Assembly (NCBI RefSeq): GCF_004010195.1
Contig: NC_057718.1
Coordinates: 57,976,875-57,996,874 of the forward strand
Direction of reading: 5' to 3'
DNA length: 20,000 nt
DNA from: Chiloscyllium plagiosum
Taxonomy: Eukaryota
Shown one piece after another: positions 1-11,353 of the stretch. The position numbers were made by a program, and so were the translations under genes. The notes under the pieces were generated by a model. The model searched no databases. It worked only from the letters and a program-made list of their open reading frames with translations, and was not told the DNA's origin. Position 1 is the first letter of the stretch, and every line of letters begins with the position of its first letter.

Positions 1-251
1 TAGTTACATGTCATCTGAACACCCTTTAAGTCAGGGCTACCCTGGCACTAATGCCCACTTTAGACACACAGATACTTACTGTCCAGTATGGGGCATCATA
101 TACAGGAAAGCAATTGGACAACTCCAAACATGAGCTTTTATTTACAAACGGCAAGAGTGAAGTAAACAAAATAAACCTGCGGCTGAAGTCCACTCTGACA
201 ATGCAAAACCAAAGACTACTTTACAGTGATCTGCTGCAGCCAGCTCTCACT

Positions 252-1406
252 TTATGGAAGCAGGTATCTGGGATGATATCTCCGTCTTGTATCTCTCAGT
301 GCAGCTGTCTCTGTCATGGACAAGGAGAGATTTCTCCTCACCAGTATCTGATTCTCCTCTTCAGAAGACTGTTCCCATTCTCCTATTTCCTCAGCATATA
401 GGATATCATTACCTGTTCCAGTTGTGCACAGCACAATATGCCAGAATGATGCAGAGCACTCTGTCTGTACTATATTGGAGGCACTCACAGACTGGTCTAA
501 ACAGCAGAACTGCATCTATAGCAGTCCAATACTCTCTTCCAGCATGGCTCTGGTGGAGACGACATTGCATCTGTCCTCCATATCAGTCAGGGTTGTGCAT
601 TGGTGACCTGAGCCATGGTCACAGTGAGTATCTGTTGTCCCCAAGTAACCAGACTTGTAAGACACCTGGAACCTCACATGCACTAGGTATATTAGAGTGC
701 TTCACAATGTAAGAGTCATGGCAACTGCCAGAGTAGGGGGGGGGGGCACATACCTCCAGGAAGTGGTGATGGTGATCACAGATCCCCTGTACATTAATGG
801 AATGGACACTTTTTCAGTTGATAAATTGCTCGGTGTTGTGATAAGGTCCTCTCAGCACCATGTGTTATGTTAATGGCACCCTGCACCTGGGGTAAGCCAG
901 CACTGTTTCGAAATCCTATTGTGCCAGGTTGCAGTGCTGACCCTGGCATCAGGGAATAAAATGTAGCCTTGCACAGGTGGTGTTGGTCATTATCCTGATG
1001 CATTTTGGGTACATGATTGAGAGATCCCACGCAGCTAAGCTGTGACTCTCTGGAAGAGGCTTGTTGCAGAGAAGTTCAGTGCCACAGTCATTGGCACAGC
1101 CTCTGGAAGAGGATGGCATCTCCCTTCTGCAGCCATCAGGTCCTGCTCCAGCATCCCGCATGGCTCTGCGCAGCATTCCAGGAAGTACGGGACCCGTATC
1201 AATACGTTGTCTCACTCATTCCCAGGAAATGGAGTGAGTACCAGAAGACTCTGGCCTCTGATGGGCCAAACAGGTGTGACCTCTCCCTGAGCTAGATGCT
1301 CCTCATCTTCCACTCTGACCTTTTGCTGCTCGTGGGCTTGCAGTTGTTCCTGGTCTTCCTGGATCTGTCTTTGCCTTCTTAGGTAAGCAGCTGCAATGAC
1401 TAACAC
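252..1406 (-). pseudogene. Degenerate PIF/Harbinger DDE transposase (HARBI1-like), multiple frameshifts and stops
   Basis: Manual minus-strand translation across frames gives collinear Harbinger motifs: HPLPEAVPMTVALNFSATSLFQ..GISQS; AGLPQVQGAINITH (cf. GAIDGTH); FIN*KSVHSINVQGICD; YSGSCHDSYI; WLLGDNRYSL*PWL; STRAMLEESIGLL*MQFCCLDQS; LQYSTDRVLCIILAYCAVHNW. No TIRs identified. Confidence 0.88.
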
Positions 1407-2555
1407 ATCACCAGCAGGAGGGCACAGGAATCTCAGTGGAAATGTCTATATTGGGAACCGTATGTGTGGAAGTGGTTCACCAATACAAAATAATCATCGA
1501 TGGTAATATCCTGCAGATGAGGGCTGAGCACACCTCTCCACACAATGAGATACACTGCACCTTGATAGCAAAGGAGATGCCTCTATCATCCATCCAACTT
1601 CAGGCTCAACATATGCAGCAATGTGGTGGAGGTGTCGTCACAAAGGGAATGCTTACTGCACTCTGAGATCCTTTTAATCTCAGACCCATATCAAATGCTC
1701 AATATCTCACTACTCTCAGTACAGACTATTGTGACACTTATGTGATAGGACATGAAGTGATGGTGACAAGATCCCATACTTAAAAGTTTCACAAATAATG
1801 GTTTATCTTTGGCCAGCATTGGCCTTTTGTATTATCATTGCTGCTAACGTCAACATCTTTGAGATGCCCAAGTTCAACTTCCAAGCATCAATGGCAAGTA
1901 ATTCATCTTTGACTAGCCTCTGATCTTAAGCATCCTCACTCCGCATGCATACCCAATGGGTGACAAAGTAATTGCAAATGAAGTGTAGCTGGGGTTTGCA
2001 GACATCTGCTTCATGTCTGTTCTTCCAATGCCCCAGTGTCCAGCTAATGTGGATTCTGTGCTTTCACCCATCAAACTGACACTGACATCACCCATCCTGG
2101 CTCAGCAATTTTCAGTGAGTGATGGCAGAGAATGTGGTTTGTGGTGAACACCATCAGCACTAGGGCCCGTCTGGTTGCCATGTAACTTTCCAGAGCCTGT
2201 AAGCCATACCACCATACACTACCCCAGCAACTCATCTCCACCCATCACCATCACCCCCTAAACCCCCATCCCTGCAGAGGTCCACAACATTGAAACATCA
2301 CCAACAATTAACTTGATTGTTGCTGTTGGCCCCACAGCACTGACCATTGTGCACTCCCTGAACTGTACTGGGACAGATCCACTGATCCTCCGTCCACCAA
2401 GGGGACGACTAACCATGACGAAACCCATGGACTTGTGCGCACTTTATTTCTTAACTGATGCTACTGGGACTCCTTACTGAAAGTGAATCCTCTTTAATGT
2501 ACTGAGGATTAGTGCCAACCTATTTTCCAGTATGGTCATTTGGTTGAATCAGTAT

Positions 2556-2635
2556 TTTTTAAAAATCATTCATGGGATGACAGCATAGCTGGTTAGGCTA
2601 GACTATTTATTGCCCATCCCTAATTTCTCAGAAGA
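2556..2635 (-). mobile_element. Short decayed 3' tail fragment of a LINE/SINE-type repeat
   Basis: The minus strand reads ...ATTAGGGATGGGCAATAAATAGTCTAGCC...ATCCCATGAATGA followed by an A/T run. This resembles a common elasmobranch retroposon 3' end (from memory, unverified). Confidence 0.4.
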
Positions 2636-2771
2636 AAGTCACTTTTGAACCTAGGATAGAGGAAAGGTTATTTATGAGCTAGCTGAAGATGACAGGTTCA
2701 AAGTTTGGGTGAAGATTTGTAGCTCGGGTGCTCATTGTTATGGTTCTGTTTGCCGAGCTGGAAATTTTTGT

Positions 2772-2812
2772 TGCAAACATTTCGTCCCCTGTCTAGGTGA
2801 CATCCTCAGTGC
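2772..2812 (-). ncRNA. Minimal type I hammerhead ribozyme motif (degenerate)
   Basis: Minus strand GCA-CUGAGGA-U-GUCACCU(AGAC)AGGGGAC-GAAA-UGUU-UGC: CUGANGA box, stem II, GAAA box, NUH triplet and a 3-bp stem I (GCA/UGC). Confidence 0.6.
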
Positions 2813-3320
2813 TTGGGAGCCTCCTGTGAAGCGCTTCTGTGGTGTTTCCTCCGGCATTTATAGTGGCCTGTCCCTGCCGCTTCCGGTTGTCAGTTTCAGC
2901 TGTCCGCTGTAGTGGCCGGTATTTTGGGTCCAGGTCGATGTGTTTGTTGATGGAGTTTGTGGATGAATGCCATGCTTCTAGGAATTCCCTGGCTGTTCTC
3001 TGTTTGGCTTGCCCTATAATGGTAGTGTTGTTCCAGTCGAATTCATGTTGCTTGTCGCCTGCGTGTGTGACTACTAAGGATAGCTGGTCGTGTCGTTTCG
3101 TGGCTAGTTGATGTTCATGGATGCAGATCGTTAGCTGTCTTCCTGTTTGTCCTATATAGTGTTTAGTGCAGTCCTTGCATGGGATTCTGTACACTACATA
3201 GTCTTGCTCATGCTGGGTATCGGGTCCTTCGTTCTGGTGAGTTGTTGTCTGAGGGTGGCTGTTGGTTTGTGTGCTGTTAAAAGTCCCAGTGGTCGCAGTA
3301 GTCTGGCTGTCATTTCAGAA
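2793..3320 (-). pseudogene. Penelope ORF C-terminus: GIY-YIG endonuclease domain
   Basis: SEMTARLLRPLGLLTAHKPTATLRQQLTRTKDPIP (frameshift) VVYRIPCKDCTKHYIGQTGRQL..IHEH..H..FDWNNTTII..R..REFLEAWH..NSIN, the typical VY-x-IPC-x2-C-x3-YIG-x-TGR signature of Penelope-like elements. Confidence 0.88.
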
Positions 3321-3836
3321 ATCCACCGTCCGGACACGCCTTGGCGTGCCCATTTGCCACCGGGCGGTGGGGATCCCCAGTGGAGGGCTCTCTACGCGGG
3401 AGTCCTCCCTCTTTCTCTCGGGGATCTGGGGTGGAAGGTGCTGCACGCAGCAGTCCCCTGCAACCGCAGATTGCTGTGGTTGATGGACTCCCAGCCCAAC
3501 TGCTTGTTCTGTGGCGCTGTGGAGTCCGTGGACCATGGCACTCCCTTTTTGATTTTCTTAAAAACCTTCTCCTCTGTTTTTGGCTGCACTTCAGTCCCCT
3601 TTGATGTGAAGGGCAGTGTTTGTCACTGGCCACCCGGGTGTTTTCCTGTCTTCCTGGTTGTGGAAATTGAATAAAGATTGGTGCACTTTGTGTCTTTCAC
3701 TGTGTCTCACACCTGCACACACACACCATGGGTGCTGGGGATAAAATAAGCACTACCGCACTTAGGTGGTAGTGTGGGGGTTTTTTAAAAAAAGGGGAGT
3801 TTTAGTGGAGTGCATAAAACGAAAAAAAAGAAAAAA
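3321..3836 (+). mobile_element. Tx1-clade LINE, 5'-truncated fragment A (ORF2 C-terminal piece, 3' UTR, terminal hairpin, A-rich tail)
   Basis: IHRPDTPWRAHLPPGGGDPQWRALY...CLFCGAVESVDH matches ~10243-10458. Two internal deletions (~3537 and ~3598); the 3' UTR matches ~10885-11065. Confidence 0.92.
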
Positions 3837-3850
3837 ATATATAAACAGGA

Positions 3851-4610
3851 TTCTTCCCTTTCAGGGGGTAAAAAGGTGGGCCCTGTATAGACTGCTGCTG
3901 CACACCGTCCACCTCTTCTCCCTCATCCACCGTCCGGACACGCCTTGGCATGCCCATTTGCCACCGGGCGGTGGGGATCCCCAGTGGAGGGCTCTCTACG
4001 TGGGAGACCTCCCCCTTTCTCTCGGGGATCTGGGGTGGAGGGTGCTGCACGCAGCAGTCCCCTGTAACCGCAGATTGCGGTGGTTCACGGACTCCCAGCC
4101 CAACTGCTTGTTCTGTGGCGCTGTGGAGTCCGTGGACCATGTATATATTGGGTGTGGGCGTTTGCACTCCCTCTTTGATTTTCTTAAAAACCTCCTCCTC
4201 TGCTTTTGGTTGCACTTCAGTCCCACGCTCCTGATCTTTGGGCACCCGGTACGGAGGAAGGAGGGCTGGTCTGAAGACCTCTTCGTGGGTCTGCTCCTGG
4301 GCCTGGCCAAACTGGCCATCAACAGGTCCAGGCAGCGGGCCGTGGAGGGGGTCGTTAAGGCCGACTGCCTGCCCCTCTTCCGCGGTTACGTTAGGGCCCG
4401 AGTGTCCTTGGAGAAGGAGTACGCGGTGTCGACCAACACCCTAGAGTTGTTCTGGGAGAGGTGGGCGCGGCAGGGAGTGGAGTGCATTATTTCTCCCTCC
4501 AACTCTATTTTGATTTAGTCCCTCCCCTCCCCTTCACTGTTTAGATCACATAGCACTGCCCTTTGAGGTGAAGGGCAATGTTTGTCACTGGCCAGCCGGG
4601 TGTTTTCCTA
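3851..4610 (+). mobile_element. Tx1-clade LINE fragment B (ORF2 C-terminal zinc-finger region and partial 3' UTR)
   Basis: Starts immediately after ATAAACAGGA (3841-3850). The frame is open to the stop at 4518 and includes CLFCGAVESVDHVYIGC (CCHC) and ...ECIISPSNSILI*. The 3' UTR is cut at ~4610 where the next copy begins. Confidence 0.92.
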
Positions 4611-4739
4611 TTGTGAGTGTATGTGCAAGGACTCTCCTTGAAGGGGACTATCCCTGGACCAGCTGCCCTACAGAGAGAGGAAGGAAGAAAGAAGACGGAG
4701 AAGAAGAAGAGACCAGCACTCCCAGACTTGCCTCAGCTG

Positions 4740-5245
4740 TTGCTGCTTGGGGCCTACCTCACCTCTGCTGCCTGGGACTTGCCTTGGGGCCCCTCCCAGG
4801 ACCTCCACCACTGCCACTGCTGAAGGCCCACCTCCACTGCTGCTGCCTGGGACTCAATTTTGGGACTGCCTGGGACTTGCCTTGGGGACCCTCCCCAAAC
4901 AGGTCTGCCCCCTCACCGCTGCGACCAAAGGCCTACCTAGAACTTGCCTGAGGCTTGCCTCCACTGCTGCCGCTGCCTGAGACTCGCCTTGGGTCCCTCC
5001 ACCACAACTGCCTGGGACTCAATTTTGGGGCTGCCTGGGACTTGCCTTGGGGACCCTCCCCAACAGGTCTGCCCCCACCGCCGCGACTGAGGGCCAACCT
5101 AGGACTCGCCCGAGGCCTGCCTCTACTGCTGTTGTCGCTTGAGGCCTGCCTCCTCCACCGCTGCCTGGGACTCGCTTTGGCCCCTCCCTACAACCTCCAC
5201 CACTGCTGCTGCCGGAGGCCCACCTCCGCCGCCGCTGCCTGGGGC
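4740..5245 (+). repeat. Tandemly repetitive 5' UTR of Tx1 copy 1
   Basis: Many CTGCCTGGGACT(T/C)GCCTTGGGG modules; a ~165-bp duplication starts at 4843 and 5008 (CTGCCTGGGACTCAATTTTGGG...AACAGGTCTGCCCC). Related modules occur at ~16060-16335. Confidence 0.8.
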
Positions 5246-5268
5246 TTGCCAATATCCAGCAGCAGAGT

Positions 5269-7278
5269 ATGGCGAGCCCGAAGGTCACTGTGGGCGGGAC
5301 ACATTTGCCCGTCGACCCTCTGGAGGTTACGGCCCAGAGGGTCGTGATCTCTAACGTCCCGCCCTTCATTGCCAGCGAGCTCCTTCTCCCCCACCTTGCC
5401 ACCCTGGGGGAGATCCGGTCAGGGGTCCAGCCGCTCCTGCTCGGTCTGAAGGACCCCGCCCTCAGACACATCTACTCCTTCCGACGCCAGGTATTTATTT
5501 GCCTGGCCCGGGAGGAAGTCACCGAGGGCAATTTTACCGTCCTCCACGAGGGCGTGGCCTACCGCGCCTTCCGGACGGCGTGCGGTGCCACCTGTGCCAT
5601 GAGGTGGGGCACATAAGGAAAAACTGCCCCACCCAGAAGGCTGCCCCAGCCCGTGCCAATGGCTGATGGTGGTGCCGCCGCACACACTCCCCCTCCCTCG
5701 AAGTCAACACCACAGGCCCCGGCACCGAAGCCAGAGGCTTCCAATACTTCAGCCTCTGGCAGGGAGGGGGGTGAGCGTCCGGCTGGCCAGAAGGCGCGGA
5801 AGAAGACGCGACGCGTCAAGCCTGCCCACGGGGAGACCACCCTATCCCCTTCCCCGACACCTAGCCCACGACCAGCCCTGCCCCGGCACGACAATGCCCC
5901 TGCGGCTATGCCAGCGTCGCCCCGGTGTGGGAACCCTGACCCTCAAACCCCCGAAACCGTGCCTGATCCTGACCCCACACCCACTCCCCACCCCGATAGA
6001 GAAACCCCTCGGGATTCAACGCCTGCCCCTGGCAATGCAACACCTCGCCCGGGGGCACACGAGCCCGAGCCATGCCCAACCCAGCCACGCCCTGGCACTA
6101 ACCTGGGGGGAACCACTGCTGCTCCACCTCTTGCAGCGACCGTGTTTCCAGGCCCCGGAGCGGGAACTGGGCCCCTGCCCCTCCCTGCCCACCCTCACCT
6201 GATAAACCGGGGGCGGGGCAGGGCAGGAAGCGACACAGCTGGCCCTCCCCACCCTGGCCATGCCCCCTGTCTTCCCCCAGCCATTCGTATTCCGGGAAGG
6301 GCTGGGGGGAGGGACCTCGGGCCCCATGACCACCGAGGCGGGCGGGGAGGAGAAGGCCTATAAATTCCCCCTGGTCTCTCTGGGGAAGAGGCACCGGCCC
6401 CTGGAGGGGAGAGACACTCCAGCAGCGCGCTGGCGGTGCTGCCCCTCTCCGGGGGACGAACCAACGGTGTCCCTCGACTGTCCCACACCGTGGCCTGACT
6501 TACCAAAACCTCCAGGGGCTATAGCAGGGCCTCCTGCTGCCTTGACTCCTCCGGCCCCTGGGGAGGACCTCAATAACCACAAGGGCCGTGGTGCGGGCGA
6601 TGACGGAGGACCCTCTGCTGGGTCGTCGAGGGGAGGAGGGTGTTATCCTCGCTCCTCCCTCCCAGACTGTTTTTTCCGGGGGCCTTGGCCCTGGGGGATG
6701 ACCTTTTCCTGGGGGATGACCTTTTCCCCGAGGAGCCAGGCGTCCCGGTGTCGGGAGAGGAGCGGGGCCCCGAGCCTGTGCCGCCCGATGACCCGAACCC
6801 GGGGCGTTCTGGGAAGGGGTGCGCCGAGGAAGGTACTGTCGGTGACCCTGGGGGTGGGGTCGCCGGGGGTTTGAGGCCGGTTGGCGGCGCCAGACCAGCC
6901 CCCATCCTCTCGGTGGGGGAGGGGTCGGTGACCGAGGGTGACCTCCTGGAGGAGGGTTCGGGATTGGTGGCGGACACCGGGAACGACGCGGACTCCGTCT
7001 GCAGTGACATTTTTGAGTCCCAGGCTCCCCCCACCGATCTCCCCCTCATCCCCCTCGAGGAACTCCGGGAATTTGTCGAGGAAACTCGGGGTCGCCGGGA
7101 TAGAACCCAACTGGCGCTCGACCGCTGGAGCTCTTTCGAAAAAGTTTACTGGTCGGCCCACACTGCCCGCCAGGTGCCTGGGCTCGACATTAATGAGCGA
7201 AAGTGAGTCAGGAACTTCCTGGGGGCACTCCTGGTGAGGGCGAGGGACTTCAGTGCCCCTCCCTCGTCCTCCCTGTAA
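5269..7278 (+). pseudogene. Tx1 ORF1p (RRM-like N-terminus, CCHC zinc knuckle, long Pro-rich region), disrupted
   Basis: TVGGTHLPVDPL..RVVISNVPPFI..LLLPHL..LGEIRS..LRHIYSFRRQV resembles Xenopus TX1 ORF1. An alternative frame at ~5580-5631 gives VRCHLCHEVGHIRKNCP. N-terminal deletion, frameshifts and a premature TGA at 7204. Confidence 0.88.
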
Positions 7279-7332
7279 ATATACAGATAGGTTTGTTAAT
7301 TGTACTGGTGGTGGTTGCACAAAGCTTCCGAC

Positions 7333-10300
7333 ATGGAGACGACTATAGCCAGCCTCAACATCAACGGCAGCAGGGAGTCGCAGCGCAGATTCCAGACCCT
7401 CTCGGTCCTTCGGGACGGGAGGTATGCGGTGTGCTTCCTGCAAGACACCCACACTACCCCGGGAGATGAAGCCACCTGGCTCCTGGAGTGGCGATGGGGG
7501 GGGTCGACATGAGTCACCTCACCCGCAGATCTGGCGGGGTGGCTATCCTGTTGGCCCCGCATTTTCAGCCGGAGATCTTGGGGGTCAGGGAGCCTGTGCC
7601 AGGCCGTTTGCTTCACCTGACGGTTCGGCTGGGGGCCGCGGTGCTTCACTTGGTGAACGTCTACGCTCCCCTGGCCGGGCCGAGGCAAACGAGCTTCTTC
7701 AGAGAAGTGTCCGCTCATCTCGCTTCCATCGACGAGAACCAGTGCGTCGTCCTCGGGGGAGATTTTAACTGCGTCCTCGAGGGCAGGGACCACGGCGGTG
7801 CCCGCAATGGCTGGGCGTCGGGGAAGAGGTTGGGGGACTTGGTCAAGTCCTTCGACCTGGTGGACATCTGGCGGAATCTCCATTCCGACTCCATCGCCTT
7901 CACCTTCATGAGGGCTGGGGTCGGAGCATCCAGAATCGACCGCCTGTACGTTTCGCGGGCATACGCCTTCTGTTTTCCGAAGGCCTCCACGCGGCAGGTG
8001 TCGTGCACGGACCACCACCTGGTGTGGGCGGAACTCCTTCCTTTCGGCGCCAGGCTCGGCTCCGCGTACTGGCACTTTAACAACCTGCTGCTGGAGGACG
8101 AGCGGTTCCGGGACTCGTTCCGTCATTTCTGGGCCGGCTGGAGAAGGAAGCGGGGAAGCTTCCCCTCCCTGAGGCTTTGGTGGGACATGGGCAAGGCTCA
8201 CGTCCGCGTCTTCTGTCATGTGTACGCGAGGGGGTCGATGAAGAGGCGGATATCCAGGATCGGGGAGTTGGAGAGGGAGTTGCTCGACCTGGAGTCACGC
8301 CTCGGTCAGCCTGACGCGGACCCGGCCCTGCGCGGGGCGTACGAAGAGAAGGCCGTGCTCCGGGACCTGCAGCTCGTCGGGGCGCGTACGTGAGGTCGCG
8401 GATCCAACTCCTCCTGGAGGCGGCTCCCCCTTCTACTTGCTGGAAAAAAGGCGTGGCACCCGTCAGCAGCTCCTTGTGCTGCTGGCCGACGGCGGGTCCC
8501 TCGTCTCGGATCCGGAGGGCATCAGGGCCCACGTCCAAAACTATTACACGGCTCTGTTCTCTCCGGATCCGTCCAGCGAGGATGCTCGCAGAGTTCTGTG
8601 GGAGGACCTGCCGCAGCTCAGCCCGGAGGACGCCGGAAGGCTCGACGCTCCCGTCACTTTAGAGGAGCTGACCGGCACCCCCAACCGGCTCTCGAGGAGC
8701 AAAACCCCGGGGCTGGACGGGCTGACTGTGGAGTTCTTCAGGGCGCTCTGGGGCGTCCTGGGGAGCGACTACGCACAGCTCCTGGGGGAGTGTCTAAATG
8801 CCGGAGAGCTGCCCCTTTCTTGGCGCAGGGCGGTCATCGTCCTGCTGCCAAAGAAGAGGGACCTTCGTTCTTTAAAGGACTGGCGTCCGGTCTCCCTCCT
8901 CAGCACGGACTACAAAATCTTTGCCAGGGTGTTGTCTTCTCGCCTGGCCTCCGTGCTGGCCCAAATGATTCACCCGGACCAGTCCTACACGGTCCCGGGC
9001 CGGAGGATACACGATAACGTCCACCTGGTCTGGGACCTGATCCATTTCTGTCGACGGGCTGGTCTGCCGAGCGCCTTCCTGTCTCTCGACCAGGAGAAGG
9101 CGTTCGACAGGGTCGATCACAAGTACCTGCTCGGGACTCTGCAGGCATTCGGGTTCGGGACGCAGTTCGTCGCCCGGATCCGACTTTTGTACGCCGCCGC
9201 AGAGTATCTGGTTAAAGTTAATGGGTCCCTGATGGCGCCCCTTTGCTTCGCGAGAGGAGTGCGTCAAGGCTGCCCCCTGTCCGTCCAGCTGTATTCCCTG
9301 TGCGTGGAGCCTTTCCTACGCCTCTTGCGGAGGAGGTTGTCGGGGCTGGTTCTGCACGGCGCGGGCACAGGGGTGGTCCCCTCGGCCTACGCGACGTGCT
9401 CCTCACTTTCACCGACCCGGCTGACATCCAGAGAACGTTGGTCGATTTTTCTTCTGGGACAAAAAGATGCACTGGGTCACTGCGCAGGTTCTGAGTCTCC
9501 CTATTGAGGAGGGCGGTCAGTCGCTGGTGTGCGTCCACACCCAGGTCGCGACATTCCGTCTTCAGACCTTGCGGCGATACCTTTACGTCGAGACTCCTCC
9601 TAGGTGGTGCGCCCTGGCGACGTATTTTTTTTTCCGCCAGGTGCGTAACCTCAACTACGACACGCAGCTCCTGTTCGTCGACCGTGACGGTTTGGAGGTC
9701 GCCCTCAAGACGCTGCCTGTCTTTTACCAGGACCTGATCACTGTCTAGAACATGGTCGAATCGCGTCGCGCCTACCCTCCGGCTGGAGTAGCGGCTGTCG
9801 TCAGGGAGCCGTTGCTCAGGAATCCGCACCTCCATACTCACTGGTTCGATTGGCTGTCGGAGGGGAGGGCTGTGGCGGTGAGGGTGACCAGGGTCAGGGA
9901 CGTGCCGGGGACCTGGGCTGGACGCTGCCGCAGGACATAGCGAGCAGGGCAGCGGTAAACGTCTGGTACGTGGCCACCGCCATCCGACGCCTTAAAACGG
10001 CGGTGCTCGGACCCGACATAGTGCACCAGTTGGAGGAGGCTCAGCTGTGCGGTAGGATCCCATCTGCGCTCACCCCAACCCAGACGGAATTTCACTTTGG
10101 CCCCAAGGTCCCGTATTTCCCGCGGGAGCCTGTGCCCCACGACCTGAGCCGCCTCCAGAATTTTAATTTTGTCTCTTTCAAGGATATAAAAAGGCAGGCC
10201 CTGTATTGACTGCTGCTGCACACTGTCCACCTCTTCTCCCTCATCCACCGTCTGGACACGCCTTGGCGTGCCCATTTGCCACCGGGCGGTGGGGATCCCC

Positions 10301-10837
10301 AGTGGAGGGTGCTCTACGCAGGAGTCCTCCCTCTTTCTCTCGGGGATCTGGGGTGGAGGGTGCTGCACGCAGCAGTCCCCTGCAACCGCAGATTGCGGTG
10401 GTTCACGGACTCCCAGCCCAACTGCTTGTTCTGTGGCGCTGTGGAGTCCATTGACCACGTGTATAATGGGTGTGGGCGTTTGCACTCCCTTTTTTGATTT
10501 TCTGAAAAACCTCCTCCTCTGCTTTTGGTTGCACTTCAGTCCCGCGCTCCTGATCTTTGGCCACCTGGTACGGAGGAAGGAGGGCAGGTCAGAAGACCTC
10601 GTAGTGGGTCTGCTCCTGGGCCTGGCCAAACTGGCCATCAACAGGTTGAGGCAGCGGGCTGTGGAGGGGGTCGTTAGGGCCGACTGCCTGCCCCTCTTCC
10701 GCGGTTACGTTAGGGCCCGGGTGTCCTTGGAGAAGGAACACGCGGTGTCGACCAACACCCTGGAGTTGTTCAGGGAGAGGTGGGCGCCGCAGGGAGTGGA
10801 GTGCGTTATTTCCCCCTCCAACTCTATTTTGATTTAG
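7333..10837 (+). pseudogene. Tx1 ORF2p (APE endonuclease, reverse transcriptase, C-terminal zinc finger), disrupted
   Basis: EN: IASLNING, CFLQDTH, GGVAIL, VNVYAP, LGGDFNC, SRIDRLYVS, TDHHLV. RT: KTPGLDGLTVEFF, WRPVSLLSTDYKI, SLDQEKAFDRVDH, RGVRQGCPLS. YADD is broken at ~9388 with a downstream deletion. C-terminal CLFC..H..C motif. Confidence 0.95.
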
Positions 10838-11038
10838 TCCCTACCCTCCCCTCCCCTTCACTGTTTTGATCACATAGTATCGCCCTTTGATGTGAAGGGC
10901 AGTGTTTGTCACTGGCCACTCGGGTGTTTTCCTATCTTCCTGGTGGTGGAAATCGAATAAAGATTGGTGCACTTTGTGTCTCTCACTGTGTCTCACACCT
11001 GCACACACACACACCATGGGTGCTGGGGAAAAAATAAG

Positions 11039-11061
11039 CACTACCGCACTTAGGTGGTAGT
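11039..11061 (+). other. 3'-terminal stem-loop of the Tx1 family (representative of 8 copies in the window)
   Basis: Consensus CACTACCGC-A(C/G)TTAG-G(T/C)GGTAGTG, a 9-bp stem with 6-nt loop just upstream of the A-rich tail. Also at 3751-3774, 11232-11255 and five minus-strand positions in 12430-13820. Confidence 0.8.
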
Positions 11062-11125
11062 ATGGGAACAAAAAAAAGAGGAGTTTGAATAAAGATTCAT
11101 TTAAAAAAAAAATAAACAGGAGTGT

Positions 11126-11341
11126 TCAACACCCTGGAAAAAAAACAAACCAAAAAAAAGATTGGTGCACCTTGAGTCTCTCACTGTGTATCACACCTAC
11201 ACACACCATGGGTGCTGAGGGATAAAATAAGCACTACCGCAGTTAGGCGGTAGTGTGGGGTTTAATAGAGAGGAAAAAAAAACAGAAGTTGAGGAGGACA
11301 CTGCTTATCACTGGCCACTCTTCCGGGTGATTGAAGAAAAA
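11126..11341 (+). mobile_element. Patchwork of short Tx1 3' fragments and A-rich linkers
   Basis: After ATAAACAGGAGTGT (11112-11125): CAACACCCTGGA (ORF2 scrap) plus an A run, a 3' UTR copy at ~11157-11262 with hairpin, a TCACTGGCCACTC scrap, then ATATAAACAGGA (11342-11353). Confidence 0.85.
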
Positions 11342-11353
11342 ATATAAACAGGA

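Larger units (their letters stand above)
2697..3320 (-). mobile_element. 5'-truncated Penelope-like retroelement (GIY-YIG endonuclease region plus 3' end)
   Basis: GIY-YIG coding remnant followed by a non-coding tail with a hammerhead-like core; joined head-to-head to a Tx1 fragment at ~3320. Confidence 0.85.
4611..11077 (+). mobile_element. Near full-length degenerate Tx1-clade (L1 superfamily) non-LTR retrotransposon, copy 1
   Basis: Repetitive 5' UTR, ORF1 with CCHC knuckle, 54-nt AT-rich spacer, ORF2 APE-RT-zinc finger, 3' UTR with AATAAA and terminal hairpin, A-rich tail. Confidence 0.95.

Noticed and set aside
1436..2450. Myb/SANT partner gene or TIRs of the Harbinger element
   Set aside because: No recognisable Myb/SANT tryptophan pattern or terminal inverted repeats; the short ORFs here are uninformative.
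2641..2704. Short inverted repeat ACTTTTGAACCT / AGGTTCAAAGT next to the Penelope 3' end
   Set aside because: Only ~10-11 bp and overlapping two unrelated repeats; chance cannot be excluded.
3766..4518. 250-aa ORF as a functional gene
   Set aside because: The N-terminus is read through a tail and linker (KRKKRKKYINR) and the rest is a truncated ORF2 C-terminus.
6643..10641. Long antisense ORFs (269, 307, 207 and 267 aa)
   Set aside because: Shadow frames of GC-rich Tx1 ORF1/ORF2 with no independent motifs.
5269..10837. Bacterial contamination suggested by high GC and CpG content
   Set aside because: The proteins are eukaryotic Tx1/L1 ORFs with A-rich tails and CpG-decay mutations.
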